A stretch of DNA of 63,800 nucleotides, filler included, from Kipferlia bialata (GCA_003568945.1; 8 parts of 7 records of this genome joined end to end with filler, not necessarily neighbours in it); one strand, 5' to 3'. Positions 24,354 to 37,799 are shown, numbered from the whole stretch's first letter. Translations and numbers: made by a program. Notes: generated by a model from the sequence alone, not told the origin.

Positions 24354-25560
24354 CCTGTTTCTCTCCAGAGCCTCACACTGCTCAATGTGCCTAATAGAGT
24401 ATACATAGATATACATATATACCTACATACAGATATATACCTACTACTGTATATATATATATATATACCTGTTTCTCTCCAGGGCCTCACACTGCTCAAT
24501 GTGCCTGCCCACAAGCTCAACAACCTGACATTAGTTTGTCTCTCTCTCTCTCTTTGGGGGATACATATATGTATAGTTATATACACACACACATATATAT
24601 ATGTATATATACCTTCCTCTGCGCCTCCAGCCTCTTCTCATCAGCGGGCTTCTCTATCTCTCTCTCTCTCTCGTCAACTATCTATCTATTATATATATAT
24701 ATATATATGCATATATACATAAACACACCTTTCTCTGTGCCTCTACTCTCTTCTCATCAGCGGGCTTCTTTCTCTTCTTGGCAGCGCTCTGCTGGTACAT
24801 GGAGTTGAGGTTCTGATATAAGGGTATAGGGGGAGAATAAGGGTGTAGAGGGGGAGAGAGGGAACTGGAAGCACCCTGCTGGTACATGGAGTTGAGGTTC
24901 TGATATAAGGGTATAGGGGGAGAGAATAGGGGTGTAGAGGGGGAGAGAGATGTACCTGGTGGTTCTGCATGTTGGGTCATATATATATATTAAGGGTGAA
25001 GAGAGAGAGAGAGAGAGATATGTACCTGGTGGTTCTGCTTGATGCTGGAGATAGACCTCCTGATCTCCTGGCCAAGGGTCACAACCTGGTATAAGAGGCT
25101 AGCTGGTAATATATATATATACATATAATGGAACAATATATCTATGGAGTTATTTGGATACGGATACGGATCTCCTGGCCAAGGGTCACAACCTGGGAAT
25201 AAGGGTGTAGAAGGGGGAATAAGGGTGTAGAGGGAGAGAGAGAGAATGGAGACAAGGATGATCATGAGGCCAAGTGTAAAAGGGGGTAGAGAGGGTGAAT
25301 GGGGTTGCTGGAGAGAGTCAGACATACATACAAATACATCTCTCAATAAATATATGCTCTATTTGGTGGCTGCTTGGGTTGTCTGCCAGTAGCTCATCCC
25401 ATCCTCTCTCTCTCTCTCTATATATATATATACACTACTGTATATATATACATATATACATATATATAAATATATATATACACTCACCCTGTGGCTAGTG
25501 GGGTTGTCTGCCAGCAGTTCGTCTCTCTCCTTCAGCTGCTCACGGATAGCAGCAATGTCC
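21887..25560 (-). CDS. Qc-SNARE syntaxin, SYP7-like, 5'-partial
   Basis: EQDQNIDR|KLEQIQDKLVRVKTQAQ|DIGDELRLQGQIVSNLNTQ|VSEVNEDLSRNNKNLREIK|ARMRSGDKFLMDIVLVIVLLGLMWYLYKVLF*; N-terminal GQEIRRS helix; ends like SYP7 MRSSRNFCIDII. Confidence 0.8.
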
Positions 25561-26058
25561 CTGAAATAAGGGGCTAGAGGGAGGGAGAGAGAGAGAGATA
25601 ATCAGATAGCAGCAATGTTTTTGAGAGTAAGGAGCTAAAAGGAGAGAGAGAGAAAGAGAGAGAGAGAGATCAGCAATGTCCCCGGAAATAAGGAGCTAGA
25701 GGGAGAGAGAGAGAGAAACAGGGAGAGAGAGAGAGAGAGAGAGATCGGCAATGTCCCGAGGATGATAGTGAGAGTGAGGGTCTTGTAGCCAAGTTAGAGA
25801 GAGTGTGTGTGACAGACACAAGAAGAGAGAGAGAGAGAGAGATAATGTCTGGTGACAATGTCCCAAGGAGTTTGGTGCGTACTTGTGTGCAATATACAGG
25901 GATAGAGAGTGAGGTGACAATAGCGCTGGAATTGTAGAATGTGCGGTTGAGGGGGGGAGGGGGGGGGGCAGGTGTGATATCCCCCCCCCCCCCCCCTCCT
26001 CCTAGTTTCATGGAATAGACGATGTTCTCTCTCTCTCTCTCTCTCTCCCTTACCCCAG

Positions 26059-27580
26059 AGTGAGGCCGAGGTGGAGACCCTGAGGGCTGAGAACAGGAGG
26101 CTGAGGGAAGAGCTGTCCCAGACCAAGAAGAAGGCAAAGGCGGATAGGAGGTGTGTATAGAGTGTATATTTATATATATATATAGAGTGTATATTTGGAG
26201 TAGAGGAAGGCAAAGGGAACAGAAGGTATATGCAGTGCATTGTGGCATTACAATACCCTCCTCCCTTACCTTCCAGGCTGCAGAGTGCCTATGAGATCAT
26301 CCTGAGGAGTGCCACACTGGCAGACATACCCACACAGGTGCAGCACTACAATAGAGGACTCTCTCTCTCTAGTTTTTGTATATCATAAATCTCTCTCTCT
26401 CTTCCTCTCTCATTGCCAGGAGCGTGTCATGGCCTATCTCAACCGGTGCACTGTCTGTGAGAGGGTGTTTGGCTCCTACGAGTACCTGGCAGGACACTAC
26501 CAGAGGAGGTATAGAGTGAAAGACCCCACAAATAGTACTATTATCTATCCATATAGAATATAGCGTGTGTGTTATATCTATATCATATCTATGTCTGGCA
26601 GGACACTAGCCGAGGAGGTGAGTTGGGGTAGTAATGAGCCAGTGATCCTTGCGTCTATCACCTTTATCTTGTCTATCATACATCTCACCCCAGACATCCA
26701 GACTGCGCCATCCCTCCAAAGCCCCTGCCATTTGAGCGCCCTGAAGGTATGTTCTCGTGTTTAACCCAGTTTAACCCATAGTATAATAGTCCCTGCAGTG
26801 GGAGTTGAACCCATACCCTCTCTAACGTCAGGCACCCACGTTGGTGTCCAGGCATGCATGCCAGGGGTGGCCAAGTTCACACAGACAAGGACGGTGCAGA
26901 GCGTCTCCATTCAGGTATGTCCATAGTGGAAGTACTCTATCCCTATTTACATACCTTCTCACTCTGTCTTTCTCTGTCCCTCTCTCTCTCTCCCTTCCCT
27001 CACCCCAGACCACCACCCCCGAGCCCTCCCCCTCCCTACCCATAGCTGTCCCAGTACCTGAGGAGGAGGCAGGGGAGAGCGTCATCGAGCAGGTGGGGAT
27101 ATATATGCTGTGTATACAGTGTTATTGCATTAAGCTGATGTTACACTATATCTATATAGGCACGCCTCCCTCACCCCTCAGGAGGAGGACGTGACTCCCA
27201 TGCGCACCCTAGTGTACAATGTGGATCAGTATGCACCAATAGGGGGGCAAGGTGCGGCATGGCCACACGTCACTCTCTATTTCTCTCTCCCCTCTCATTC
27301 CATATTTAGTGAGTATCTCTCTCTGACCCCCCAGATGACATCTCTCTCTCTCTCTCTCCCTTGTGTATTAGTATACCCCTCACCCCCCAGATGACATCCG
27401 GGCTGGCTTTGACCACACGTCACTCTCTTTCTCTCTCCCCTCTTATACCATGTTCACAGAGTATCTCCATCTGACCCACCAGATGACATCCGGGCTGGCT
27501 TTGACCACACCAGGGCCCAGATGGCAGCTGAGAGAGAGGCAGTCCTGGCAGAGCTGGTGGGGACACGGTCGCTGCAGTAG
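26059..27580 (+). CDS. DZIP1/Iguana-like coiled-coil plus C2H2 zinc-finger protein, 5'-partial
   Basis: Coiled coil (EVETLRAENRRLREEL) followed by CTVCERVFGSYEYLAGHYQRR|H; TAG at 27578-27580. Confidence 0.65.
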
Positions 27581-27932
27581 CCAATAGACCACAGTGTATC
27601 ACTCATTGTTGAGTCTCTTAAGAAGTTGGGAAGTCATGATGTTTACTGTTCTGCTTCCACTGAGTACTGAGTAGGATACTAGGCCTAGTACCCATAATCA
27701 AACGCTGACGGGTCTATCTACTGTTGGTCTCTCACTTCCCCCTCGCTGTCTTTGAGTACATGGTCTCACGCACTGAGACAGGGATCTCAATGGCACTGGG
27801 GGTGGGAGGGTCATATGTAAAACAGAATAGTGTATTGAAAGTGACAAGAATCCACGATGGAGAAGTGTAGCACAACAAAGAGAAAGGTAATAGAGAGACC
27901 GGCTTCCAAAATGAAGGGAGCCTTCTATCCCC

Positions 27933-28324
27933 CTACCTGCTAAAGAAGTCTGATATTGTCTCTGCCGTCTTATCACCCAGAGTGTCAGCGAGGACAGTAG
28001 GGTCACTGTGGGTGAGGGACATGGAGGGGGTGTGTCTCTAGATAGACAAACACTATATCGCACAATGTGCCACCCACCTCGCTATGACCTCTGCCAGTGA
28101 TCCGAACTGCCGTATGCCCTGTCTGTCATGGTCGGCCAGACCTGGGGTCAGGGGCTGTAACACCTATACTGTAATCATATACTACACAGTGATAACAATT
28201 GATAACATAGGATACATGTACACACTGATATGTACCTGGTACGAGGTCCAGGGCCCTAGCGATAGAGGGGTCTATCGAGGATAGTTGGCCGTGGACCCTA
28301 TCTAACACACTGACATAAGGGGGC

Positions 28325-28360
<36 letters not shown>

Positions 28361-31300
28361 TGTGGAAGAGACACCATATATACACCACCTAGCCGACTGT
28401 CCATCTGTAAGGGTGCCAAAAGGGTGTCGCTTGGCCAGCTGGAGCAGCATCTCAGCCGCTGGGATGCCTGAGGAAAGAGTACAGAATATAGCAGAAGATA
28501 GTAGAAAAGGTAGAAGTATCACATATATGCCATAGTAGGGTCTTTGCTTCATACCTGGCTCTGTCCACAGGACCTTGACGGGGTACTTCTGCAGGAAGGC
28601 AGTAAACCTGGCATGAGTATGGAATAGGAGTGACGTGAGGGATATCCTATACACACAGAGACGCATCCATTGTGAATAGGTACCAACCATACCTGGACAC
28701 AAATGATGCCTGTTGTGCGGATGAGGGCATGATGATGGAGGGTTCAGAGGACCGGGGCTCCTGAGGGGTGAGTGTGTATCGAACCAATATTCTGTGTCTC
28801 TCACCAAGGGATGCATCCCTCAACCACAATACCGCACATAATACCATGAATGAATACATATATTTCTACGCACCTCCACCAATATGATGCAGTGCTCGAA
28901 GGTGTCAATCATCTGCTTGACCTGTTTGGCAAGACGGCCTGGGGTTAGAATGTATAGATAGGCTCACCAATCGTACAATTGTAACTGATTCTATATTACT
29001 CCGTTCTCTAGACTTAGCATACGAAATATACATCCCCACCTGACATGAGATAGATAGTACATAAGATATACACCCACCTGACATGAAGGAGGAGACCAGG
29101 TCGGCACATGTCTTCCTCTCTACACAGGCACTGTTTACAATGTAGTCGCCAATCTCTAGGGTCCTAGGGGTGAGTATAGACATCCAGTCAGTGACATTGT
29201 GTCATGTAGCAGAGAGTAGAGTGAGTACCCCCTACCTAATGCTAATGGTTGTGTTGAGTGCATAGAGGTGGGTAGGCAGGGAGCTGTTCATCTCCCTACT
29301 GTCAATGATCACGTGCACGTCCGTGTTGTCCTGCTGCAGGTTCTGAGGGGTGAGGAGGTATTTGCAAAACTCTAAGAGTGTGGGTATACACATGACATAG
29401 AATTGATGATGATGATACTCACCATGCGCCGTGTCCCCCTCTCCCTCCCCATCTTCCTAGGGTGTGACAGGTGGACAAAGGCGGCAGTCTCATTCACAAG
29501 GTCGATTGAGGACTGGGGTGGGGGCTTGGTTGCAGTATGTGGTACATCAACAACACTCACACATACAGGATGACTTGCCATACTCACCTTCTCGAGAGCG
29601 GGTCCAGCGTCACTGGCCTGTATGTACACCACTTCTAGATCAGGGATGTCCTGAGAAGACAGCCGCTCTACAGCCCTAGAGGTGAGGGAAGGCATAGTCA
29701 GAGCATACCGCATGCACACACACATAGAGAGAGAGGTAGACATGTACTATGCACCCACCTGACAGCATGGAGAGAGGGTGCCAGCATAACAACTCTGGAG
29801 GGTCGGAGGGACAAGAGCTCCTGGGGATAAGGAAAATAATACGATAACACAACTCTATCCATACTTAGTGAGTGCACATATTTCGCTATATACCCACCTG
29901 GTAGAGGTATAGCTTACTGTTGCCTGACCATGTGGGCAGAATGGCTATCTGGTGATTGAGGGCATGGGGGTTCCTAGGACGGTCTGGGTCTCTGTCGCTC
30001 TCTCTCTCTCTGACCACAGTCTCATTAACATCACCCTGGAACAGAGACTGCTTCCAGGCCCTGGGGGTGAGGGAGGGATATTCATATATAGTTATATACA
30101 TGAATTCATATTCTTATCCACCGACCTCCCTATGGCCTGTGTCATGTCAGTCACCATGGACGGTCGGCTGGCTAGGGTGAGGGGGAGGGGGGTCAGACAA
30201 AGACATCAAAGATGCAGTAATGCATATATACTACCCACTCCACCCACCTATGTCTGACACCTGGTTGACTGTGTTCTCTAGTGCCCCGTCCGTACCCACC
30301 AGTCCAGTCTGACTCTCTCGGTCACATAGTAGGGCACCTGGGGGTGTCATGGTGGGAAGGGAAGGCATATATATCACTATGACTGCTCCATACCTATCTC
30401 ATTGGCCACTGTGCCCCATGTCAGAAGAGCTACAGGACCTGGGGGTCAGGAATGGGGGGGGGGGAGCGTAGAGACGACTATCTACCAATTCTCAATGTAG
30501 TAGTTGTAGACAATGTAACCCCACCCTCTGCCGGTCTGACCAGCTCTCTGATGGTAGCCTTGAGTATGTTGTTGGTGCCAAAGGTGGCCTCCAGTTCGGC
30601 CCTCTCCTCCTCTTCCTCCCTCTCTCTCTCCTCCATGTCCACCACCATCCCTCCCTCTTCTCCAACTCTCTGTCTCCTCCTATCTACCCCCGGTCTCCTG
30701 TTGCATATGCTGAATAACTCTGCTCCCATCTCACTCCTGACGAAGGAGTCGTTGTGGGCCTTGCCTAGCTGTCTGATGGAGTTGACAACGTACTTAAAGG
30801 TGACTGGGGGTCAGGCGATGAGAGACATTCAGAGCGTATAGTCTTGCAGGCGCCGTAAGAGAGCGAAAAACAGATATCTACCCATACCGGGTGTCACTAA
30901 GTCCAGCACATTGGCCAGGTCTAGAACGGCATTGAGAGAGGGAGAGCCCTGGGATAAGAGTGCACACATGGAGGGTCACGTATATACTTATGCACATACA
31001 ACTGCTGCGAGAGAGACATACCTTCCGGAAGGATGCTCTGGCCCGAGGGTCCTTGAACACACCCTGGGATGTGAGTGTAGGGAGAAAACAAACATATACA
31101 ATGAAACCAACTGATAGAGAGTGCGAGTGATGCCCGAGAGTACCTTTGGGTTTGTGATGTGTGTCTGGGACAGTGAGAGGGTGCTAGCATTCCTGGGGTG
31201 AGAGACCATAGATACATACAGGGGCAGAAGTCAACTAGAGATGAGCCATAAGCTGAGTATCCAGGCCACTCACTTCTTGACCTCGGCCATGCACTCTCTG

Positions 31301-32163
31301 ACGTATAGACGTCTCAGGATGGCCATGATGCTGGAGTGGCGGGAGGTGGTGGCGACCTTGACACGCCTGATCTGGGGGTAAATGGCTGAGTGTACACACT
31401 TGGAATACTACCATACACATGAGAGATGTGTACCTTCCTTCCACTGGACAGGTGTCCCAAGGCCTCATCTACGGTGGAGTCATATCTGAAGGTAAGAACA
31501 CGGCATAGGTAAAGCTACACCGCGCTGAAGACAGAACCCACCTTGGTAACAGGGTGATCTCGTCCACATAGAGAGTGCCCAGCGTGTCCTGAGGGGTGAG
31601 GGTTAGAGCGGGATAGGAGGGTCTTCTTCCACAGAGTGCAAGGACTACACACACCACTCTGCCTCACCTTTGACCTCAGGTTAGTGACATTGCCATACAC
31701 GAAGAGTGAGGGGGCGTCACTGATGCACTTGATAAGGGGGACCGGGGATAGAGTGGGTGTGGTGTCTGGAGCTCTCTTAGCATCAGGGGGAACAACGGCA
31801 CCAGCCTCACCCTCTGTCTTCTGGGACACACCTTTACCCTTACTCACAGACTGTGACAAGGGTTGTGACAGGCAGACAGATCCATATCTCGAAACATCAT
31901 CTTTTGGACCCTTCTTTGACTCTCTACCAGCATCAGATGTCGGTTTAGATGCAGATGTCGTCTCACTCTAGGGTGAGTTACAGGGATCAATCGTTCACAT
32001 AGAACCTATCATGCAGTTACGTAACTATGGCCAGAGTTAAGCAATATGGGCATGTATATGCATATGTACCTGTGTGAGTCTGATTGGTGTTGTCAGCAGA
32101 CCCAGCCACGTGGACAGTAGGCTGTCATCTCTGACATACTCAGGTGACATGGGTACGACCAGG
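27933..32163 (-). CDS. ERCC4: XPF/ERCC4/Rad1 structure-specific endonuclease, 5'-partial
   Basis: LYVDEITLLPR|YDSTV; nuclease core VIIDSREMNSSLP..TLEIGDYIV..CVERKTCADLVSSFMSG|RLAKQ..CIILVE; C-terminal HhH2-like (ALDLVPG|L..FGSLAEV..LGDKTAETISDFF). Confidence 0.9.
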
Positions 32164-32315
32164 CTGAGGTCATATTGGGGGGGGGGGGGGGGAAACCAAG
32201 AAAATATGAAAACCANNNNNNNNNNNNNNNNNNNNNNNNNNNNNNNNNNNNNNNNNNNNTTAATTAATTAANNNNNNNNNNNNNNNNNNNNNNNNNNNNN
32301 NNNNNNNNNNNNNNN

Positions 32316-32377
32316 GTGGTGGATCCACCACTGATCCACTGGATCTGGACGCGGTATTTTGAAAAGTGGCGGCCCTG
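32316..32377 (-). mobile_element. Putative DNA-transposon (hAT-like) terminus inside an intron
   Basis: Minus strand begins CAGGGCCGCCACTTTTCAAAATACC, followed by clustered GATCCA/TGGATC subterminal motifs; abrupt composition change; contig ends here. Confidence 0.4.
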
Positions 32378-32472
32378 GTCGTAACATAATGATCGTGACA
32401 CACAGCCGTTGTACATGACTACTAGACTAGTACTACTAGTAGTAGTACAGTACTACTAGTACTAGTACATAC

Positions 32473-33109
32473 CTGGTCCAATGAGAGCAGTCTCCACCAT
32501 CTCGCACCCAGGTCCCTTCCCTAGGCCCAGCTCTATCCTAGGTGCGTATGCGATGGATATGCCGCGCCTTTCCATGCCCTCGGGTAGACACAGCCACACG
32601 CGGTAGCACATCCTCCCAGCTGATGGAGGTCCCTCCATCGCGGCCACCCCCTCCAGCCTTGACAAGGGGGTACTCCTCCAGACAGGCATCGTGGGCAAGG
32701 CGCTGGGGTAAGACTGGCTGGAAGGGGTTGTTCTGTGGATCACATGACCTGTCACAGACTGTTGTCCCATCCACAACATGTGGAGGGTGGGGATACGTCT
32801 ACTGGACTGCAGGAAATAGCTCTTAACCCATATCCCCCGTAGTACTACACTGGTACTGCTACTATACTAATACTCCTTACCATCTTTGCGATGAACCCCG
32901 AGGGGTCAGGGTTTGTCATGGCGTCCATGGCCTCCCCCCCTCTCTCACCGCCCTCTCTGGAAGGTTCCAGTCACGACAGTCAGAAAGGCTTCCTCCAAGT
33001 CGGCATTCTCTCCCCCCTTGACCCCAGCCTCTCTGGCCAGGGCCCGTATCATGCTGACCTGCAGTAGTCCTAGCCTCTGGCGCAAGCGCTTCTTCGTGGC
33101 CTCATCTAT
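32473..33109 (-). pseudogene. Paralog A of an uncharacterised VETALIGP family; lost start, frameshifted
   Basis: ATA in place of ATG (33109); frameshift near 32950 before AMTNPDP; exon 2 retains LWLCLPEGMERRGISI..KGPG..MVETALIGP-type sequence. Confidence 0.65.
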
Positions 33110-33495
33110 TGTAGAGTGGATGGACGATATAGAGAACGTCACCTCAGGTGGCTCGCGCTGTGACAGATCAACAGTATACACAAATCAAAGATGTCAGAGG
33201 GTTTAACTGTGTTGTTGCCACTACTGGAGTGTAGAGAGATGTGTCAATATGTTAAGACAACAGGGGAGTCTTCTGTGCAGAAGACACAGACGGTCTGTGA
33301 CAGACCACAAATATAGGGTTTGTCACAGAAATAGTGTCTGTTACACTAAACTTCTATCTCAGTCTGAAACTGAGAGCTGAGCATCACCACAGCTAGTGTA
33401 TTGAATACTCTCACTCTATTCATAACTCTCATTTCGCTTGTAGATGTGAAGACCGGTCCAAAAGGGACTATTAGAGTTAACAATGCCTGTCAGAG

Positions 33496-34853
33496 TTAGG
33501 CGTTCTCCCATGCCTTTCTGATAGCGTGGTCTGTCTTCTTCTGCTGCTTCCTGCGTCTCTTCTCGAGTATCTTCTGCTGTGGGTTAGCATAGAGTGGATA
33601 TATACTACATTACAACACCAGAGACGCTAGTATCTTCATCAATGTAATGGCGAACAGTATATATAGGGTCTGAAGTATATATCACATCCATATACAGAGA
33701 ATAGTACAACAGTGCACCTTGTTCCTTGCGGCAGCATCAGCCTTCTTGGCCTCGGCCTCAACTCTCTCTCTCTCCCTCCGCTCTCTCTCAGCCTCCCTGT
33801 CAATAAGACAGATGCATACAAGAAGATTCACACCGGACAACACTCCACGACTACCATATAGTAGTATTAGACCCTGACATGATACCTGCTCTCATACTTG
33901 GCAGTGCGCCTCTCCTCGTGCCTCCTCTCCCCCTCCTCGCTCAGGGCCTTGGCAGCCTCTTCCTCACCCTGGGAGAGCAGCACGTAGTACTGCCTCAGGT
34001 CCTTGATGTGGTCTATGCACTCATCCAGACTAGGGTGCTCCATGACATCGTAGTAGCCAAACACAGCGGAGTCGTAGAGTATCTGGCTGTCTGGATGTGA
34101 GTGATAGCAAGGGGTGAGAATGTCAGCTACGAATGGAATGGACTACTAGGATCATCATTCCTGAAGAGTGTTGGTGTATAGAAGAGGGTGTAGGAGCTGG
34201 ACTCACTCGGTTGCCCAGGAGAAGTAGTGATAATGCCCAGATCTAGAGGTGGGAGACAAATCCAGACACACCAACAGTATGGGTGCGTAAATTCATATGT
34301 ACACCCACCTGGCCCTATCAGGGCTGTCTCGACCATCTTGGACCCAGGACCCTTGCCATATCCCCTCTCAATCAGACTCACGTAGGAGAGGGACACCCCT
34401 CTCTTCGGCATCCCCCTTGGCATGCACAGCCACATGCGCATGGCATAGGACTGGGTGGGGGGGCTCAGCATGCGTACAGTGCCCTTGAGAGCTGCCTTGA
34501 CCTTGGGGTAGGCCCTGAGGCAGGCCTTCCTGGCAAGAACCTGAGGTGGTAGAGAGTGATAATGGTGGAGTGAGTGGATTGAGTGGTAGTCACTCTCGAT
34601 GAGTGTCTGTCGTCGAGTACTGTTCTCCTACTAACGACTGTACCTCCTTGGCCGCCTCCTCCTCGGGGTCTGGGTTGATCAGGGCCTCCAGCTGCTCTGC
34701 ACCCATCTCCCCCTCAAAGTGGTCAGTCAGCATGGACACCAGCCCCTCCGTCGCCCCACCCCTAATCCTCGCTGTGTCCTCTGGAGACACGGGGAGACCT
34801 TCCAGCACCGTGTTCACCACGTCTCTCAGGGCCTCCTTCTTCTCCTCGTCCAT
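33496..34853 (-). CDS. Paralog B of the VETALIGP family, 5 exons, basic coiled-coil tail
   Basis: MDEEKKEAL..INPDPEEEAAKE|VLARKACLRAYPKVKAAL..MVETALIGP|DSQILYDSAVFGYYDVMEH..|REAERERRE..|QKILEKRRRK..WENA*. Confidence 0.8.
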
Positions 34854-35029
34854 TGATGTTGACTAAGAGTGAGAGAGAGGTGTCACTTGTAGAGTGACAT
34901 GTTGGCGGTTTACAGTTTGTTCGCAGCCAAAGGGGTTTGACTCTATCACTGACCATAGCATCATCGAGTCTATTGAATATATAATGAACAATGTATATGC
35001 TACACGCATACAATGAAGCAAATGTGGCT

Positions 35030-36231
35030 CTACTCGGGCTTGCGGTTTGCCTCCCTCCTGGCATTGTAGAACGCACCCTTGGCAAGCATCATGTCAGACA
35101 CACTCTGTCTTGCTGCGTCGCTCAAAGCCTCAGCAGCTTCTGTCTCTCCCTGGGATATGAGCGAAGATAACAATACAGAATATACCATATATATCATAGG
35201 ACGACACGAACTATATGAGTGTATAGTATGTAGTTCTGAGAATACCTGTGACATCAGCACGTAGTACTGCCTCAGCTCCTTGATGTGCTCTATGCAGTCC
35301 TCCAGGGTGTAGTGCTCCATGCAGTCAAAGTACCCAAAGACACCGTACTCGTACAGGATCTGGTTGTCTGTGTGAGACATGTTGAGAGGCAGTAGGTGAG
35401 TGGAGGGATGGGATGGTATCGTGTAGTATAGCCATTGCACAGTGTGCACAATGCAAACTAACTTACATGTGTACTCCATAGTCTACCACTAGACTATCAC
35501 TGCCGTACGAATGCTAGTGTTGTATGAGAAACACAATGGGGATGCAGACACACATTACTGAACATATGTATCAGTGATACATCATGTATCACTCCTATTA
35601 CACTCACTCAAATGAAGTCTGAGGGGATGCGAGTAGCAACACATACCTGGTCCAATCAGAGCTGTCTCTACCATCTTGGTCCCCACTCCCTTGCCAGGCC
35701 CATTCTCCAGCATGGAGACATATGATATGGACACCCCTCTCCTCTCCATGCCCTCGGGCAGACACAGCCACAGGCGCATGCTGAAGGCGCTGGTGGGGGG
35801 AGGGTGCATCTCCACCACCCCCTCCAGTGCCGCCTTGACCTTGGGGTAGGCCCTCAGACAGGCCTTCTGGGCAAGCACCTGAGGTGTTAGTGGGATACAG
35901 TATATATACAGTATAGGTGGATTGAATGGATTGAATTGTGGATTGAGTTCAGGTCCCGAATCGGGACCTGACTACGCCCATTGTCCAGATAATGCTGTAC
36001 TCACCAACTCCCCACCTGCTTGGCCATCATCTCCGAGGGGTCAGGGTTCAGCAGGGCCTCCAGCTCTTCATTCTCCCCCTGGGCCTCGATGAAGCCTGAC
36101 ATCATCGTCACAACGTCGTCCAACGCCCTCTCCTTGGCCTCGTCACCCACAACCCCCGGGTTGTTGGCAACGGCCCCTCGGAACATCTTCCTCACAGCAC
36201 GGGCTATCGCCTCCTTCGTCTCCTCGTCCAT
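35030..36231 (-). CDS. Paralog C of the VETALIGP family
   Basis: MDEETKEAI..LLNPDPSEMMAKQ|VLAQKACLRAYPKVKAAL..MVETALIGP|DNQILYEYGVFGYFDCMEH..MSQ|GETEAA..RKPE*; intron positions shared with B. Confidence 0.8.
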
Positions 36232-36369
36232 AATTGTAGACAGGACCAAGAGAGAGGGTATCAGTCTGACATGTTTGATGTCCGTTTCCTCTTTTTGCGT
36301 GTATCAAGGGTTTAACTATGACTCAAGTCCTCCTCCTGTTCACTCTCTACCCACCTGTCTGATCACACC

Positions 36370-36591
36370 ATGTCTGATAAGAGCGCAGATAGTGGGCAGC
36401 ATGCATTGAGAGAGAGACTCAAGACCCTGGTGGAGGGGATATCCAAGACCCTGGAGGCTGGTGAGTATGTGGACAGTGCTGTCACAGACACCCTTGTCAG
36501 CACTCTCCAACAGTACAAGGAGAGGACAGGGGGGAACGACATGTTGCACGCCTTGCTTAACCCAGACGCAGACAGTGCACAGGCATCGATG
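36370..36591 (+). CDS. First exon of a probable fourth, divergent, head-to-head paralog
   Basis: MSDKSADSGQHALRERL..HALLNPDADSAQASM|GTACGT; same ALLNPD-then-intron layout; runs into gap 36807-37461. Confidence 0.5.
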
Positions 36592-37543
36592 GTACGTTGA
36601 GTGTTCACATGGTAGTTCAGTATTGCGTTGATCAGTATTATACTAGAGAGTCTGTACAACAGGCTATACAATGTACCGCAGAGCCAGTAGTGATGATCCG
36701 TCAGACACTAGCATACGCAATTTAGTTACTAGTCATTGTCCCCATTCTCTCTTCCCCCCCCTCCCCTCCCCATCATGTTCTCTTCCGATATTCTCTAACT
36801 CTCTCANNNNNNNNNNNNNNNNNNNNNNNNNNNNNNNNNNNNNNNNNNNNNNNNNNNNNNNNNNNNNNNNNNNNNNNNNNNNNNNNNNNNNNNNNNNNNN
36901 NNNNNNNNNNNNNNNNNNNNNNNNNNNNNNNNNNNNNNNNNNNNNNNNNNNNNNNNNNNNNNNNNNNNNNNNNNNNNNNNNNNNNNNNNNNNNNNNNNNN
37001 NNNNNNNNNNNNNNNNNNNNNNNNNNNNNNNNNNNNNNNNNNNNNNNNNNNNNNNNNNNNNNNNNNNNNNNNNNNNNNNNNNNNNNNNNNNNNNNNNNNN
37101 NNNNNNNNNNNNNNNNNNNNNNNNNNNNNNNNNNNNNNNNNNNNNNNNNNNNNNNNNNNNNNNNNNNNNNNNNNNNNNNNNNNNNNNNNNNNNNNNNNNN
37201 NNNNNNNNNNNNNNNNNNNNNNNNNNNNNNNNNNNNNNNNNNNNNNNNNNNNNNNNNNNNNNNNNNNNNNNNNNNNNNNNNNNNNNNNNNNNNNNNNNNN
37301 NNNNNNNNNNNNNNNNNNNNNNNNNNNNNNNNNNNNNNNNNNNNNNNNNNNNNNNNNNNNNNNNNNNNNNNNNNNNNNNNNNNNNNNNNNNNNNNNNNNN
37401 NNNNNNNNNNNNNNNNNNNNNNNNNNNNNNNNNNNNNNNNNNNNNNNNNNNNNNNNNNNNNGTTTGGCCCTGTTCCCCCCCCCCCCCCCCCCCCCCTTAA
37501 TTTACATATATATGTATATATATACCCCTCTCTTACCATCCAG

Positions 37544-37761
37544 ATGAGGAGGGTGCCGAGGCCGAGGATGTGGAGCCTGTGGACTATGCGGCATTCTTCC
37601 AGTATGACAGGTATGGAGATGTATATATTCATCATATGCCATACTCACATATATGTAGTAGACTAGACATCATTCTTCCAGTGATGACAGGGAATGGTGA
37701 ACCTGCTGTTTCTCTCTCTCTCTATCCCCTTATTCCAGATCTGTCATTGCCACGCTTGATG

Positions 37762-37799
<38 letters not shown>

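Noticed and set aside
24146..24722. Many YIYI/SLSL/RERE ORFs
   Set aside because: Translations of intronic (TA)n and (CT)n microsatellites
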